Source: an uncultured Clostridia bacterium
Lineage (GTDB): Bacteria; Bacillota; Clostridia; TANB77; CAG-508
Length of the DNA stretch: 64,000 bases
Direction: 5' to 3'
NCBI GenBank assembly: GCA_934122235.1
Contig: CAKOWE010000005.1
Span: forward strand, 1,330 to 65,329
Position 1 is the first letter of the stretch. Each line of letters starts with the position of its first letter. Shown here piece after piece: positions 27,701-36,160 of the stretch. The notes beneath the pieces are model-generated. The model did not search any database, was not told the origin of the DNA, and was given only the letters and a program-made list of their open reading frames with translations. The position numbers were made by a program, and so were the translations under genes.

Positions 27701-28359
27701 TCTCTTACAGTTACTTTACATGTATCCTTTTTGCTTCCATTTTCTGTTTTTGCTGTTATAATTGCAGTTCCTTTTGATTTTGCTACCATTCTTCCTGTTG
27801 ATGATACTGATACTACACTAGGATTGCTTGATGACCAATATACCGTTTTATTTACTACGTTACTTGGTGTAAAGGTTACATTTATTAAGCCAATATTTTG
27901 TCCAACTGAAGCTAAGATACTATGAGTATCTAACTCGATTTTTTCAACTGTTACTTTATCTTTTACAGTTATTGTACAAGTATCTTTTTTGTTTCCATCC
28001 ACTGTTTTTACTGTTATAACTGCTTTTCCCTTTGATTTTGCTATCATTCTTCCTGTTGATGATATTGATACTACACTAGAGTTGCTTGATGACCATGTAA
28101 CATTTTTGTTTGTTGCATTACTTGGTGTTATTGTTATTTTTCTTGGTTGAATAATTTCACCAACAGTTGCAGTATATGTATGTCTTGCAAAAGAAACACT
28201 TTTTACTGCTATTTTTACACTTCTACTACTACCTAATGTACTTGCGTAAGTTGCACTTGAATAATTTATTGTACTAGCGTTTATTGATTTATTTGAAAAT
28301 ATTACCAATAAACTTAATGTAATCATTAATACAGTTAATAATTTAGACTTTATTTTCAT
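24715..28359 (-). CDS. Secreted multi-domain protein: signal peptide, about 12 Big_2 (bacterial Ig-like) domains, a beta-rich module and a C-terminal type-I dockerin
   Basis: Repeated ..TPSNATNKxVxWSSSNxxVxxVSSTGxxxAxxxGTAxITxxTxDGNKxxxCxVxV.. units. The C-terminus is GDMNGDGRMSITDFVQIQL..MDINGDGKVTITDIVQLKQF (duplicated Ca-binding dockerin segments, about 24718-24915). Confidence 0.85.
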   Translation of the reverse strand: MKIKSKLLTVLMITLSLLVIFSNKSINASTINYSSATYASTLGSSRSVKIAVKSVSFARHTYTATVGEIIQPRKITITPSNATNKNVTWSSSNSSVVSISSTGRMIAKSKGKAVITVKTVDGNKKDTCTITVKDKVTVEKIELDTHSILASVGQNIGLINVTFTPSNVVNKTVYWSSSNPSVVSVSSTGRMVAKSKGTAIITAKTENGSKKDTCKVTVRDNIIPVQNIELSPLEFTTTVGQVLEPLEVTITPSNATNKSIKWSSSNPSVMSISSTGKMTALSEGTAMITAQTVDGNKKAICTVNVKDNKVPVKSIEISPLGFTTTVGQVLEPLEVTITPSNATNKSIKWSSSNPSVMSISSTGKMTALSEGTAMITAQTVDGNKKAICTVNVKDNKVPVKSIEISPLGFTTTVGQVLEPLEVTITPSNATNKKVTWSSSNSRVMSISSTGKMTALSEGTTIITAKTEDGNKIATCSVIVKDENVRVTDVTLNKTSLTLDIGETYQLIETVYPTNATNKNVKWTSSNSNVVTVSSIGKITARGEGTARVVVATNDGGKIDTCVVTVKKEEIPIKEIELSKDELYLEIGETYQLNATVWPSNATNKDLEWTTNNSSIATVSSTGRITARKEGTARIMVSSKDGSAYDICRVIVTDNSISVKEVILDTNEMNLQIGDTYQLTATVYPNNATNKELKWTSSNSSIATVSSTGKIIARKNGTATITVKTVDGNRTDRCIVKVTDKNISVTNVTLNTNKLNLQAGDTYQLTATVYPSNATNKEVKWTSSNSNVAAVSSTGTIVAKSSGTAVITVQTVDGNKTATCTVTIENKNISVTSVTLNTNKLNVQIGDTYQLTAIVNPSNATNKEVKWTSSNSNVATVSPTGTIVAKSSGTAVITVQTVDGNKTATCTVTVKDNDIVATNVSLNKKNLDLKVGNTYQLTATVLPENATNKNVKWYSNNDKVVAIDQNGLLTAKSSGTAIITVTAQNGTLQDTCIINVTDNEAKITISKDWLVLELDEITQLSAIVEPNTEELVWSSTDEKVVSVNEKGVVTANSIGRATIIVSTKDGRSKDTCVVKVIDSKSNSNIQTIKYEITINFIFNINPGTKLEEFKDSISSNTEYQIYDENGNIVKDNEKIGTGMKLKVGSQEYTIIVKGDMNGDGRMSITDFVQIQLCSVNLQKPTEIQEMAMDINGDGKVTITDIVQLKQFSVGLNKLS
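27101..27622. repeat. Two near-identical 261-bp tandem copies (one Big_2 unit each) inside the Big_2 gene
   Basis: 27101-27361 and 27362-27622 differ at 2 positions by my comparison. The flanking units are clearly more diverged. Confidence 0.85.
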
Positions 28360-28541
28360 AAATAAATTCTACCCCCTTCGGCACAATTATAGCATAATAT
28401 TCCAAACTTTACAATAAAAAAATGTAAATTATGTAAATTATTGTAATCTACTAAAAAATTGTTATTTCTTTATATAAACCGATTTAATACAACAAAAAAG
28501 ATAAATAGAATAATAATTATACTATTTACCTTTTTGCTGTG

Positions 28542-29423
28542 TTATGCTCTTGGATGAGCTTTTTTGTATATATTTTTTATACTTTCATCTTGAAATTGCA
28601 TATAAACTTGTGTTGAAGATATATCTGAATGTCCTAACATTGTTTGTATCGCTTTTAAATCAGCACCATTTTGTAAAAGATGTGTTGCAAATGAATGTCT
28701 TAATACATGTGGAGTAATCTCTTTTGATATATGTGCTTGTTCTTTATAATATTTTACTATTTTCCAAAAACCTTGTCTTGTTAACCTTTTTCCATTAATA
28801 TTTACAAACAAAGCTTTTACAGAATCATCTTTTATTATTATTGGTCTTGCTTTTTCTATATATTCTTTTAAGGCTTTTAAAGACATCGTTCCTAATGGTA
28901 TATTTCTTTGTTTTGAGGCTGTTTTACATACTACATAACCTTGTTCAAAATTTACAGCATCAACATCTAATGATATTATTTCAGTAACTCTCATCCCAGT
29001 AGCATATGCAAATTCTAACATTGCCTTATCTCTCATACCTTTTAAATCTTCTGTACTTGGTTGTTCTAATAATAATTCTACTTCTTGTGAAGATAATACA
29101 CTTGGTGCTTTTTTTTCTATCTTTGGTGATTGAATTCCATCTGTTGGATCTACTTTTATATTTTTCGTTCTTAATAAATATTGGTAAAATGATCTTATTG
29201 AAGCTAGGCTTCTTGATATTGTTGATGATTTCTTATTGTTCTTTTGTAAAAATTTTAAATATGCATTTATGTCTTCGAATTCAATATTTAGATAATCTAA
29301 TCCTTTTTTAGAAACATATTCCTCGTATTGAACTATATCTCTTTTGTAAGATTGTAATGTGTTCTCTGATAGTTTCTTATCATTTTTTAAGAATTCTAAA
29401 AAATCATTAATTTGTTTTTCCAT
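28542..29423 (-). CDS. xerD: Tyrosine recombinase XerD
   Basis: MEKQINDFLEFLKNDKKLSENTLQSYKRDI.. ..HVLRHSFATHLLQNGADLKAIQTMLGHSDISSTQVY; it sits next to spoIIM. Confidence 0.85.
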   Translation of the reverse strand: MEKQINDFLEFLKNDKKLSENTLQSYKRDIVQYEEYVSKKGLDYLNIEFEDINAYLKFLQKNNKKSSTISRSLASIRSFYQYLLRTKNIKVDPTDGIQSPKIEKKAPSVLSSQEVELLLEQPSTEDLKGMRDKAMLEFAYATGMRVTEIISLDVDAVNFEQGYVVCKTASKQRNIPLGTMSLKALKEYIEKARPIIIKDDSVKALFVNINGKRLTRQGFWKIVKYYKEQAHISKEITPHVLRHSFATHLLQNGADLKAIQTMLGHSDISSTQVYMQFQDESIKNIYKKAHPRA

Positions 29424-29557
29424 TTTTAAGCACCTCTAGTATAAATTTTAATTTATGCATACTATTTAATACAAAATATATTTACATAAATTATTCTTTT
29501 ATGTTATATCAAAATACGACATAATTGTAAATAGTTTTTTTAAAAAAATAAGTTTTT

Positions 29558-30199
29558 TTAAATATATTTTACATAATTTTGTAAAAAGCTAGTAGATACA
29601 TATACTTCCACAAATGCTGAAATAACTAAAACAATACAAAAGAAAACAGAAAAAGCACTGTGCCTACAAATTTCTAATTTTATGTTTTCTCTTCGTCTAT
29701 CTTTCATAATTGATTTATACAATCTTATTCCACTTATCGCTAATGCAAACATTGCAGGTATAAATATAATATTATGTATCAAAAGTGTGCTTATTGACAA
29801 AAGTGCACCTTTACCTCCAAAAGTCGCCATTAAACATGATATTGTATAACTTAGTGCAAATCCTCTATATGCTATAATAGCATATACAATTGGTACTCCA
29901 ATCACTGTACAGCCCATAAACCACAATAAAAATCCTAATAACATATTGCTTTTAATTGTATCTTTTAGCAAAGCCATTTTATCTATTGTATTTTCGTTAT
30001 TTTTTAATTCGCCTACAAAATTATTTACATATGAATTTATTTCCTGTTTCTGAATCTCCGTTGAATTATTAACAAATACAACTCCTGCTACAATCCCTAT
30101 TATAAATATTAATGTAATTATTGAATATTCCTTTATATTATTTACAATATGATTATATATAACATTTCTATCTTTGGTATTTTTTTTAATTTTCTTCAT
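29558..30199 (-). CDS. spoIIM: Stage II sporulation protein M
   Basis: 213-aa polytopic protein with a SpoIIM-like profile, in the conserved xerD neighbourhood. Confidence 0.75.
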   Translation of the reverse strand: MKKIKKNTKDRNVIYNHIVNNIKEYSIITLIFIIGIVAGVVFVNNSTEIQKQEINSYVNNFVGELKNNENTIDKMALLKDTIKSNMLLGFLLWFMGCTVIGVPIVYAIIAYRGFALSYTISCLMATFGGKGALLSISTLLIHNIIFIPAMFALAISGIRLYKSIMKDRRRENIKLEICRHSAFSVFFCIVLVISAFVEVYVSTSFLQNYVKYI

Positions 30200-30283
30200 A
30201 TGTTATCACGCTCCTAACATAATATCTATGCAATAAATAAAAAAAAAGAACAAATAAATTGTTCCTTTTTTACATTAAAGTAA

Positions 30284-31483
30284 TTATTCATTACTTACTT
30301 TAATGTGTCCATATATTCCTCCACCACCAGCTTGTATATCAACATTGCCATCGCGTGCATTTATTATATTTTTTGCAATTTTTTCTCCAACCACTGCCTC
30401 TATATCATCAAAAGATAATTTATGCAATATATTCATTTCTGTTTCAAATGTATTTAATAATTTGTCAATTGTTTTACTTCCTAATCCTGGTATAAAAGTA
30501 AGTGGTATTTGATAATAATAAGGTGGTCTATCTTGTGGACTTATTGTTTTTGGTTTATCCTTAATTTGCTCTATTCTATCAAAAACACCCATAGTAACAT
30601 TTCTACTATCACAAGTATCACATTTAGTAACTGGTGCCTCACCTGCTATATTCTTTTCACATACCTCGCAATAAGTTCTGTGATATTTACCTAACTTTGG
30701 ATCTAACCCGTAATTGGCTATAATTTTTCTTCCATCTTCTTTCTTTAAAGCTTTTAATATTTCTTTAAAACTTATGTCTTCTACCAAAATTTTATTGTAC
30801 TCTCTTGCAATCTTAGGTAAAGAGTGTGCATCTGAATTAGTTAAAAATGTCTTATTTTCCAATTCTGATATTGTATCAGCCAAAAAAGTATCGGAACTCA
30901 ATCCCAATTCAATTGCTAATATTTTATTATATTTTTCTTTGAATATTTTTTCTAATCTATCAGTACAATTTCCATAAAAGCTTTTGTGCGGAGTAAACGC
31001 ATGTGCAGGTACTAAAATTCCATTATACTTTTCTACAATATCTAATAATTCATAAGCTGAAATATCAGCTCTTTGTGAACTTAAAGTTATATTCTTTATG
31101 TGATGGCTCATTTCGTTTGAAAAATTCTTTATATCACTTAAAGATGGAAAATAACATAAATTATGAGCGCTTCCTGTTTTCCCATGTTCATTTATCTCAG
31201 AAGTTTCTATTTCACTTCCAAGTATTATACATACTTTATCTTTATATATAATGCCTCCATCTTTTATTTCATAAGCATCTCCTGATGTTAAAAATTTTTC
31301 TATATCTTCTATAACATAAGGAGATGCACAATCTATAATTCCAACAACGTTAATTCCTTTTCTATCAACACATTCCCTTGCAATGTTAGCAAAATTCAAA
31401 GATTTTGCTGCTGTTATTTTTATTGGTTTATTATTTTCGCTTCTTCCTATGTGAACGTGTAAATCTGCAAATATTTCGTACAT
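30284..31483 (-). CDS. PHP-domain protein of the TIGR00375 / endonuclease Q-like family
   Basis: MYEIFADLHVHIGRS.. PHP metal motif and a C-terminal Zn-ribbon (CEVCEKN..CDTCDS). Confidence 0.6.
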   Translation of the reverse strand: MYEIFADLHVHIGRSENNKPIKITAAKSLNFANIARECVDRKGINVVGIIDCASPYVIEDIEKFLTSGDAYEIKDGGIIYKDKVCIILGSEIETSEINEHGKTGSAHNLCYFPSLSDIKNFSNEMSHHIKNITLSSQRADISAYELLDIVEKYNGILVPAHAFTPHKSFYGNCTDRLEKIFKEKYNKILAIELGLSSDTFLADTISELENKTFLTNSDAHSLPKIAREYNKILVEDISFKEILKALKKEDGRKIIANYGLDPKLGKYHRTYCEVCEKNIAGEAPVTKCDTCDSRNVTMGVFDRIEQIKDKPKTISPQDRPPYYYQIPLTFIPGLGSKTIDKLLNTFETEMNILHKLSFDDIEAVVGEKIAKNIINARDGNVDIQAGGGGIYGHIKVSNE

Positions 31484-31521
31484 TTTTTATATCCTTCCTA
31501 GTTATTTAACATTAGAATTTA

Positions 31522-31896
31522 TTAACGCTCTTCTCCAACTGCTCCTGTTTCTTTTGACTTAGTACTCTCGTATATGGTGTAACCATCATCATCTATTACA
31601 GCATGATCTATATCTTTTCCTTTTTCACCTGATAATCTTTCCTTTATAGCCTTTCCAAGGGCTTCAGCCATATCTTCAGTATTTCTAATTGGCTTTTGAC
31701 CCATTTCACTTTTTAATTGGCTAACTAAATCTTTTGGAATTGTATCATCCTTTTTAATATTAGCAATAGGTTTTTTCTCATTTTGGGTCTCTAGTGTTTC
31801 TCTAGCACTAGTAAGAACTTCTATGCATTCATTTATGTCATCTGCTCTATTCACTCCAATAATAAGATAATCTAGATATGTAATTTCCTTAGACAT
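31522..31896 (-). CDS. Hypothetical protein
   Basis: 124-aa ORF that overlaps the upstream ORF by 8 nt (translational coupling). Confidence 0.55.
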   Translation of the reverse strand: MSKEITYLDYLIIGVNRADDINECIEVLTSARETLETQNEKKPIANIKKDDTIPKDLVSQLKSEMGQKPIRNTEDMAEALGKAIKERLSGEKGKDIDHAVIDDDGYTIYESTKSKETGAVGEER

Positions 31897-32434
31897 TTAT
31901 TTTTACCTCCCTCATTTGTTCAACAAAATCAACAAATTGCCCCATATATATATTTTTCTTATCTTTTAAATTTCTTTCTCTAAGTAAAACTAATGCTTCA
32001 TCTACAGGAAATCCTCTTCTTTCAGGTCTATGCATAAGCATACCGCCAAAGTTGTCAACCAACTCTAGTATATCACTTTCTTTTTCTCTTGGTTCACTTC
32101 CGCTATATCTATTTTGTTCTAAGCAAATCTTACAAAATCTTTCTGAAAATCCTAAAGTTCTTAAAAAGTTAGCACTATCTCTAGCGTATAATTCAATTTC
32201 TTCTCTAGTTTGTGGATTGTCTTTCTTTTTGCATGCACATAACAAACAAGCTGTAAGTACTAAATTTTCATCCACATCAATGTTCATTTTATCTATAAAA
32301 AGCTTTGCTAATTCCGTTTTTAATATTACTGATTTGTCATAAAATATATCAACTTTCTTTTTTAAGTAATATACTATTTCCATTTTTCTTATATAATCTG
32401 GTTCTTGTAAAATATATTCTGCAAAGGTTTCCAT
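31889..32434 (-). CDS. Hypothetical protein
   Basis: 181-aa ORF with native codon usage. No family recognised. Confidence 0.55.
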   Translation of the reverse strand: METFAEYILQEPDYIRKMEIVYYLKKKVDIFYDKSVILKTELAKLFIDKMNIDVDENLVLTACLLCACKKKDNPQTREEIELYARDSANFLRTLGFSERFCKICLEQNRYSGSEPREKESDILELVDNFGGMLMHRPERRGFPVDEALVLLRERNLKDKKNIYMGQFVDFVEQMREVKINV

Positions 32435-32587
32435 TTTTATATCATCCTTTCTAACTTTCTTTTGTAAGAAAAACCAAATATTTTTCCTTTTACTTTAGAA
32501 CTCTTCTTTTTAGGCTATTATATTTCATTAAAATATATTTTTCAACATTTGTAATATAATCTTAATACTAGTGTAATATTATTGTAA

Positions 32588-33022
32588 TTAAATATTCTGT
32601 ATTGCGTTTCTTGCTAGTTCGTCACATCTATTGTTATATTCGTTATCTGCATGTCCTTTTACTTTTATAAAAGTTATTTTATGTTGTTGAGTAAATTCAT
32701 ATAAACTTTCCCATAATTCTTTGTTTTTAACTGGTTCTTTATTTGCGGTTTTCCAGTTGTTTTTTCTCCAATTATATATCCAGCCTTGATTAAACGCATT
32801 TACAACATAAGCACTATCGCTATATATTTCTACATCACATTCATGTTTTAATATTTTTAGTCCCTCTAATACTGCTGTTATTTCCATAATATTATTAGTA
32901 GTATTTTTACACCCTCCACTAATTTCTTTTTTTATATCTTTATACATTAGTATTGTTCCCCAGCCACCAGGTCCTGGATTACCAGAGCAAGCGCCATCTG
33001 TGTATATTATAACTTTATCCAA
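32588..33022 (-). CDS. rnhA: Ribonuclease HI
   Basis: [49 protein letters not shown]. Confidence 0.9.
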   Translation of the reverse strand: MDKVIIYTDGACSGNPGPGGWGTILMYKDIKKEISGGCKNTTNNIMEITAVLEGLKILKHECDVEIYSDSAYVVNAFNQGWIYNWRKNNWKTANKEPVKNKELWESLYEFTQQHKITFIKVKGHADNEYNNRCDELARNAIQNI

Positions 33023-33158
33023 AAAACTTCCCCCTTATATTGTTTTTTTTGTTTTATTGTGTTATTATATCAATTAATTGTAAATCAAACAATAATAATG
33101 ATAAATTAGTCTATTTTTTTATTATTTTTAACTATTTGCAACTCAAACGGAGGTTTTT

Positions 33159-34409
33159 ATGGGAAAGATTCTTGGCATTATAGCCGAATATAATCCATTT
33201 CATAATGGTCATTTATATCACATTAATCAATCTAAAGAACTAGTAAATCCTGATTATACCGTATGTATTGTTTCCGGAAATTTTGTTCAAAGAGGGAATG
33301 TATCTATAATAGATAAATGGTCAAAAACTGAAATGGCTCTTAGAGGCGGAGCAAACTTAGTAATTGAATTACCAACAATATACAGTATTTCTAGTGCAGA
33401 AAACTTCTCAGAAGGATGCATTAAAATATTAAGTTCCTTTAAATCCGATACTGTTTTATCTTTCGGCAGTGAATGCGGAGACATAAATACATTAGACAGA
33501 TTTGCAGAAATATTATATAAAGAACCTCCCGAATATAAATCTTTATTAAACCATGAGTTACAAACCGGTGTTTCTTATCCAAAAGCTAGAGAAAACGCTT
33601 TGCTTATGTATGTTAATGATATTAGAAAATATGCTAACACTCTTTCTTGTCCCAACAACATATTAGGAATAGAATATTTAAAAGCTATAAAAAGACTTAA
33701 AAGCAATATTTTACCAATTACATTAAAAAGATTTGGTGTTGAGCATGACAGTTCTAATATTGTAGATTCTTTTGCCAGTGCAACACATATAAGAACTCTA
33801 CTTTGTGAAAATAAAGATATTTCAAAATTAGTACCTAGATTTACATATGATATACTTGCTAGGCAAATAAATAGTGGAAAATCTGTATTAGATATCGCAG
33901 CTTTCGAAAGGGAAATTTTATATTCTTTGCGCAGAATGACAAATAACGAAATCAAAAATTTACCAGACGTTACTGAAAGTCTAGCGAACTCATTAATATA
34001 CGCTATAAATTCTTGTAACTCATACTCTGAAGTTATTGACATGGTAAAATCAAAAACATATACATTGTCTAGAATAAAAAGAATTTTATTATACGCATTA
34101 CTTGGCATTACTAAAGACGATATGGAAAATTCAAGAAAAACTAAACCATATATTCGTGTATTAGGACTAGATGAAAAAGGAAAAGAATTATTATCTGAAC
34201 TTGCCAAATCAAATTCTAAAGTTCCGGTAATTACATCTGTTAAAAATTTTTATACAACTTCTAATAATAAAATATTAAATAGAATGTTAAATTTAGATAT
34301 ATTAGCAACGAATATATATACTTTAGAATATCTTAATGATTCACAAGCTAATTTAGATTATACTCAAAAACTTGTAACACTCCCTACCGAAAAAGATTAT
34401 ATAAAATAG
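33159..34409 (+). CDS. tmcAL: tRNA(Met) cytidine acetate ligase (YlbM/UPF0348 nucleotidyltransferase)
   Basis: GIIAEYNPFHNGHLYHINQ HIGH-type motif; 416 aa. Confidence 0.8.
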   Translation: MGKILGIIAEYNPFHNGHLYHINQSKELVNPDYTVCIVSGNFVQRGNVSIIDKWSKTEMALRGGANLVIELPTIYSISSAENFSEGCIKILSSFKSDTVLSFGSECGDINTLDRFAEILYKEPPEYKSLLNHELQTGVSYPKARENALLMYVNDIRKYANTLSCPNNILGIEYLKAIKRLKSNILPITLKRFGVEHDSSNIVDSFASATHIRTLLCENKDISKLVPRFTYDILARQINSGKSVLDIAAFEREILYSLRRMTNNEIKNLPDVTESLANSLIYAINSCNSYSEVIDMVKSKTYTLSRIKRILLYALLGITKDDMENSRKTKPYIRVLGLDEKGKELLSELAKSNSKVPVITSVKNFYTTSNNKILNRMLNLDILATNIYTLEYLNDSQANLDYTQKLVTLPTEKDYIK

Positions 34410-34414
34410 AAAAT

Positions 34415-34447
34415 AAAAAACCATAATTTTTATTAATTATGGTTTTT
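34415..34447. terminator. Bidirectional rho-independent terminator
   Basis: aaaaaaccataatt-tttatt-aattatggttttt, between tmcAL and the recoded end of galE. Confidence 0.7.
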
Positions 34448-34451
34448 GTTT

Positions 34452-35460
34452 TTATTTATTTTTTGTTTCTATAAAATTCCATGAATCTCTACACATCTCT
34501 TCTATTCCCATTTCAGCTACCCAACCGAAGTTCATTCTTTGCTTTTGTTGGATTTGAATAACAAGTAGCAATATCTCCTGGTCTTCTTGCAGTTATTTTA
34601 TATGGCACTTTTTTTCCAGTAGTTTTCTCAAATGCTTTCACCATATCTAACACACTATAACCAGTTCCAGTTCCTAAATTATATATATATAACCCAGTTT
34701 TTTCTTTCTCTAATTTTTCTAGAGCTTTTATATGTCCTTTTGCTAAATCTACAACATGAATATAATCTCTAACTCCTGTTCCATCTGGAGTATTATAATC
34801 ATTTCCAAACACAGATAATTCTTTTAATGTTCCTGCAGCAACTCTTGCTACATAAGGCATTAAATTATTTGGAATTCCTTGAGGTTCTTCACCTATTAAG
34901 CCGCTTTTATGTGCACCTACTGGATTAAAATATCTTAATATTGAAATATCCCAAGTATTATCTGATTTATATAAATCTTGTAATATTTGTTCTATAAATA
35001 ATTTGCTAGTTCCATATGGATTTGTTGTTCCACCTGTTTTGCAATCTTCTGTAATTGGTATAATTTCTGGATCTCCATATACAGTTGCAGATGAGCTAAA
35101 TATAAATTTTTTCACTCCGTATTTTCTCATTGTATCTAATAAAATTAATGCTCCTGATACATTATTCATATAATATTCTATTGGTTTTGATACTGATTCT
35201 CCAACAGACTTATACCCCGCAAAGTTTATTACTGAATCAATTTCATTTTCTTCAAATATTTTCTCTAATGTTTTTCTATCTGTATAATCTGCTTCATAAA
35301 ATTTAAATTCTTTTCCTGTTATTTTCTGTATTGCTTCTATTGATTCTGGTTTGCTATTTGAAAAATTATCTACTATTACTATTTTTCTTCCAGCATTTAA
35401 TAATTCAACTGCTGTATGGCTTCCAATAAAGCCAGCTCCGCCTGTTACTAATACTGCCAT
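34452..35460 (-). CDS. galE: UDP-glucose 4-epimerase, with a +1 frame change at an in-frame CGG 25 codons before the true end
   Basis: [15 protein letters not shown].. ..NPTKAKNEL then CGG. The 0 frame gives RLGS*. The +1 frame gives [24 protein letters not shown] (the conserved GalE C-terminus), ending at 34452 next to the terminator. Confidence 0.85.
34525..34527 (-). other. In-frame CGG at the +1 frame-change site in galE
   Basis: Coding sense: gaa ctt CGG ttg ggt agc tga (0 frame), against ctt c GGT TGG GTA GCT GAA ATG.. (+1 frame). Confidence 0.85.
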
Positions 35461-35497
35461 TACAATTCCTCCTTTATAAAATATATTGCTTTATTAT

Positions 35498-36106
35498 TTA
35501 ATTATATAAATCTTTGTAAATATTGTAATCTCTAACAATCTTTCTTACATAATTATTGGTTTCTTTATAAGGAATATCTTCTATATTACTTCCATCTGCT
35601 TTAATTATTCCCTGCTCTATCCACTTTTTTAAATTGCCTGTACCAGCATTATAAGCAGTTAATGCAAGCATATAATTATTGTCATACTCCACTAATAATT
35701 CTGAATAATACTTTATTCCTAATTCTATATTAATTTCAGGATTATATAAACAACCTTCTGTATATTCTACTCCAATTTTTTCTGCTGTTTCTTTCGCTGT
35801 TTCTTCCATCAATTGCATTAATCCCATTGCATTGCTGTTAGATTTTATATTTGGCTTAAAATTGCTCTCCGCTTTTATTATAGCATAAACCAGCAAGCTA
35901 TCTACTCCATATTCTACTGAATATTTCTCAACATACTCAGCATATTTTTGCGGATATATCTTTTTTATCACAATATCTTGAATTTTTATTACATTGAATA
36001 ATAATATCAAAATTATTATTAATACAATAATAGATATTATAGATAATTTTATTGTCTTTAATTTATTTATACTTGATTGAATATCAGATTTTATTATCTT
36101 TTCCAA
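35498..36106 (-). CDS. Lytic transglycosylase (SLT domain), membrane-anchored
   Basis: ..YAIIKAESNFKPNIKSNSNAMGLMQLMEETA..AYNAGTGNL. Confidence 0.85.
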   Translation of the reverse strand: MEKIIKSDIQSSINKLKTIKLSIISIIVLIIILILLFNVIKIQDIVIKKIYPQKYAEYVEKYSVEYGVDSLLVYAIIKAESNFKPNIKSNSNAMGLMQLMEETAKETAEKIGVEYTEGCLYNPEINIELGIKYYSELLVEYDNNYMLALTAYNAGTGNLKKWIEQGIIKADGSNIEDIPYKETNNYVRKIVRDYNIYKDLYN

Positions 36107-36160
36107 TTTTTTCTCCTAATCTTTTGTTTGGACTATATAATATCAGAATATTTCTAATAT

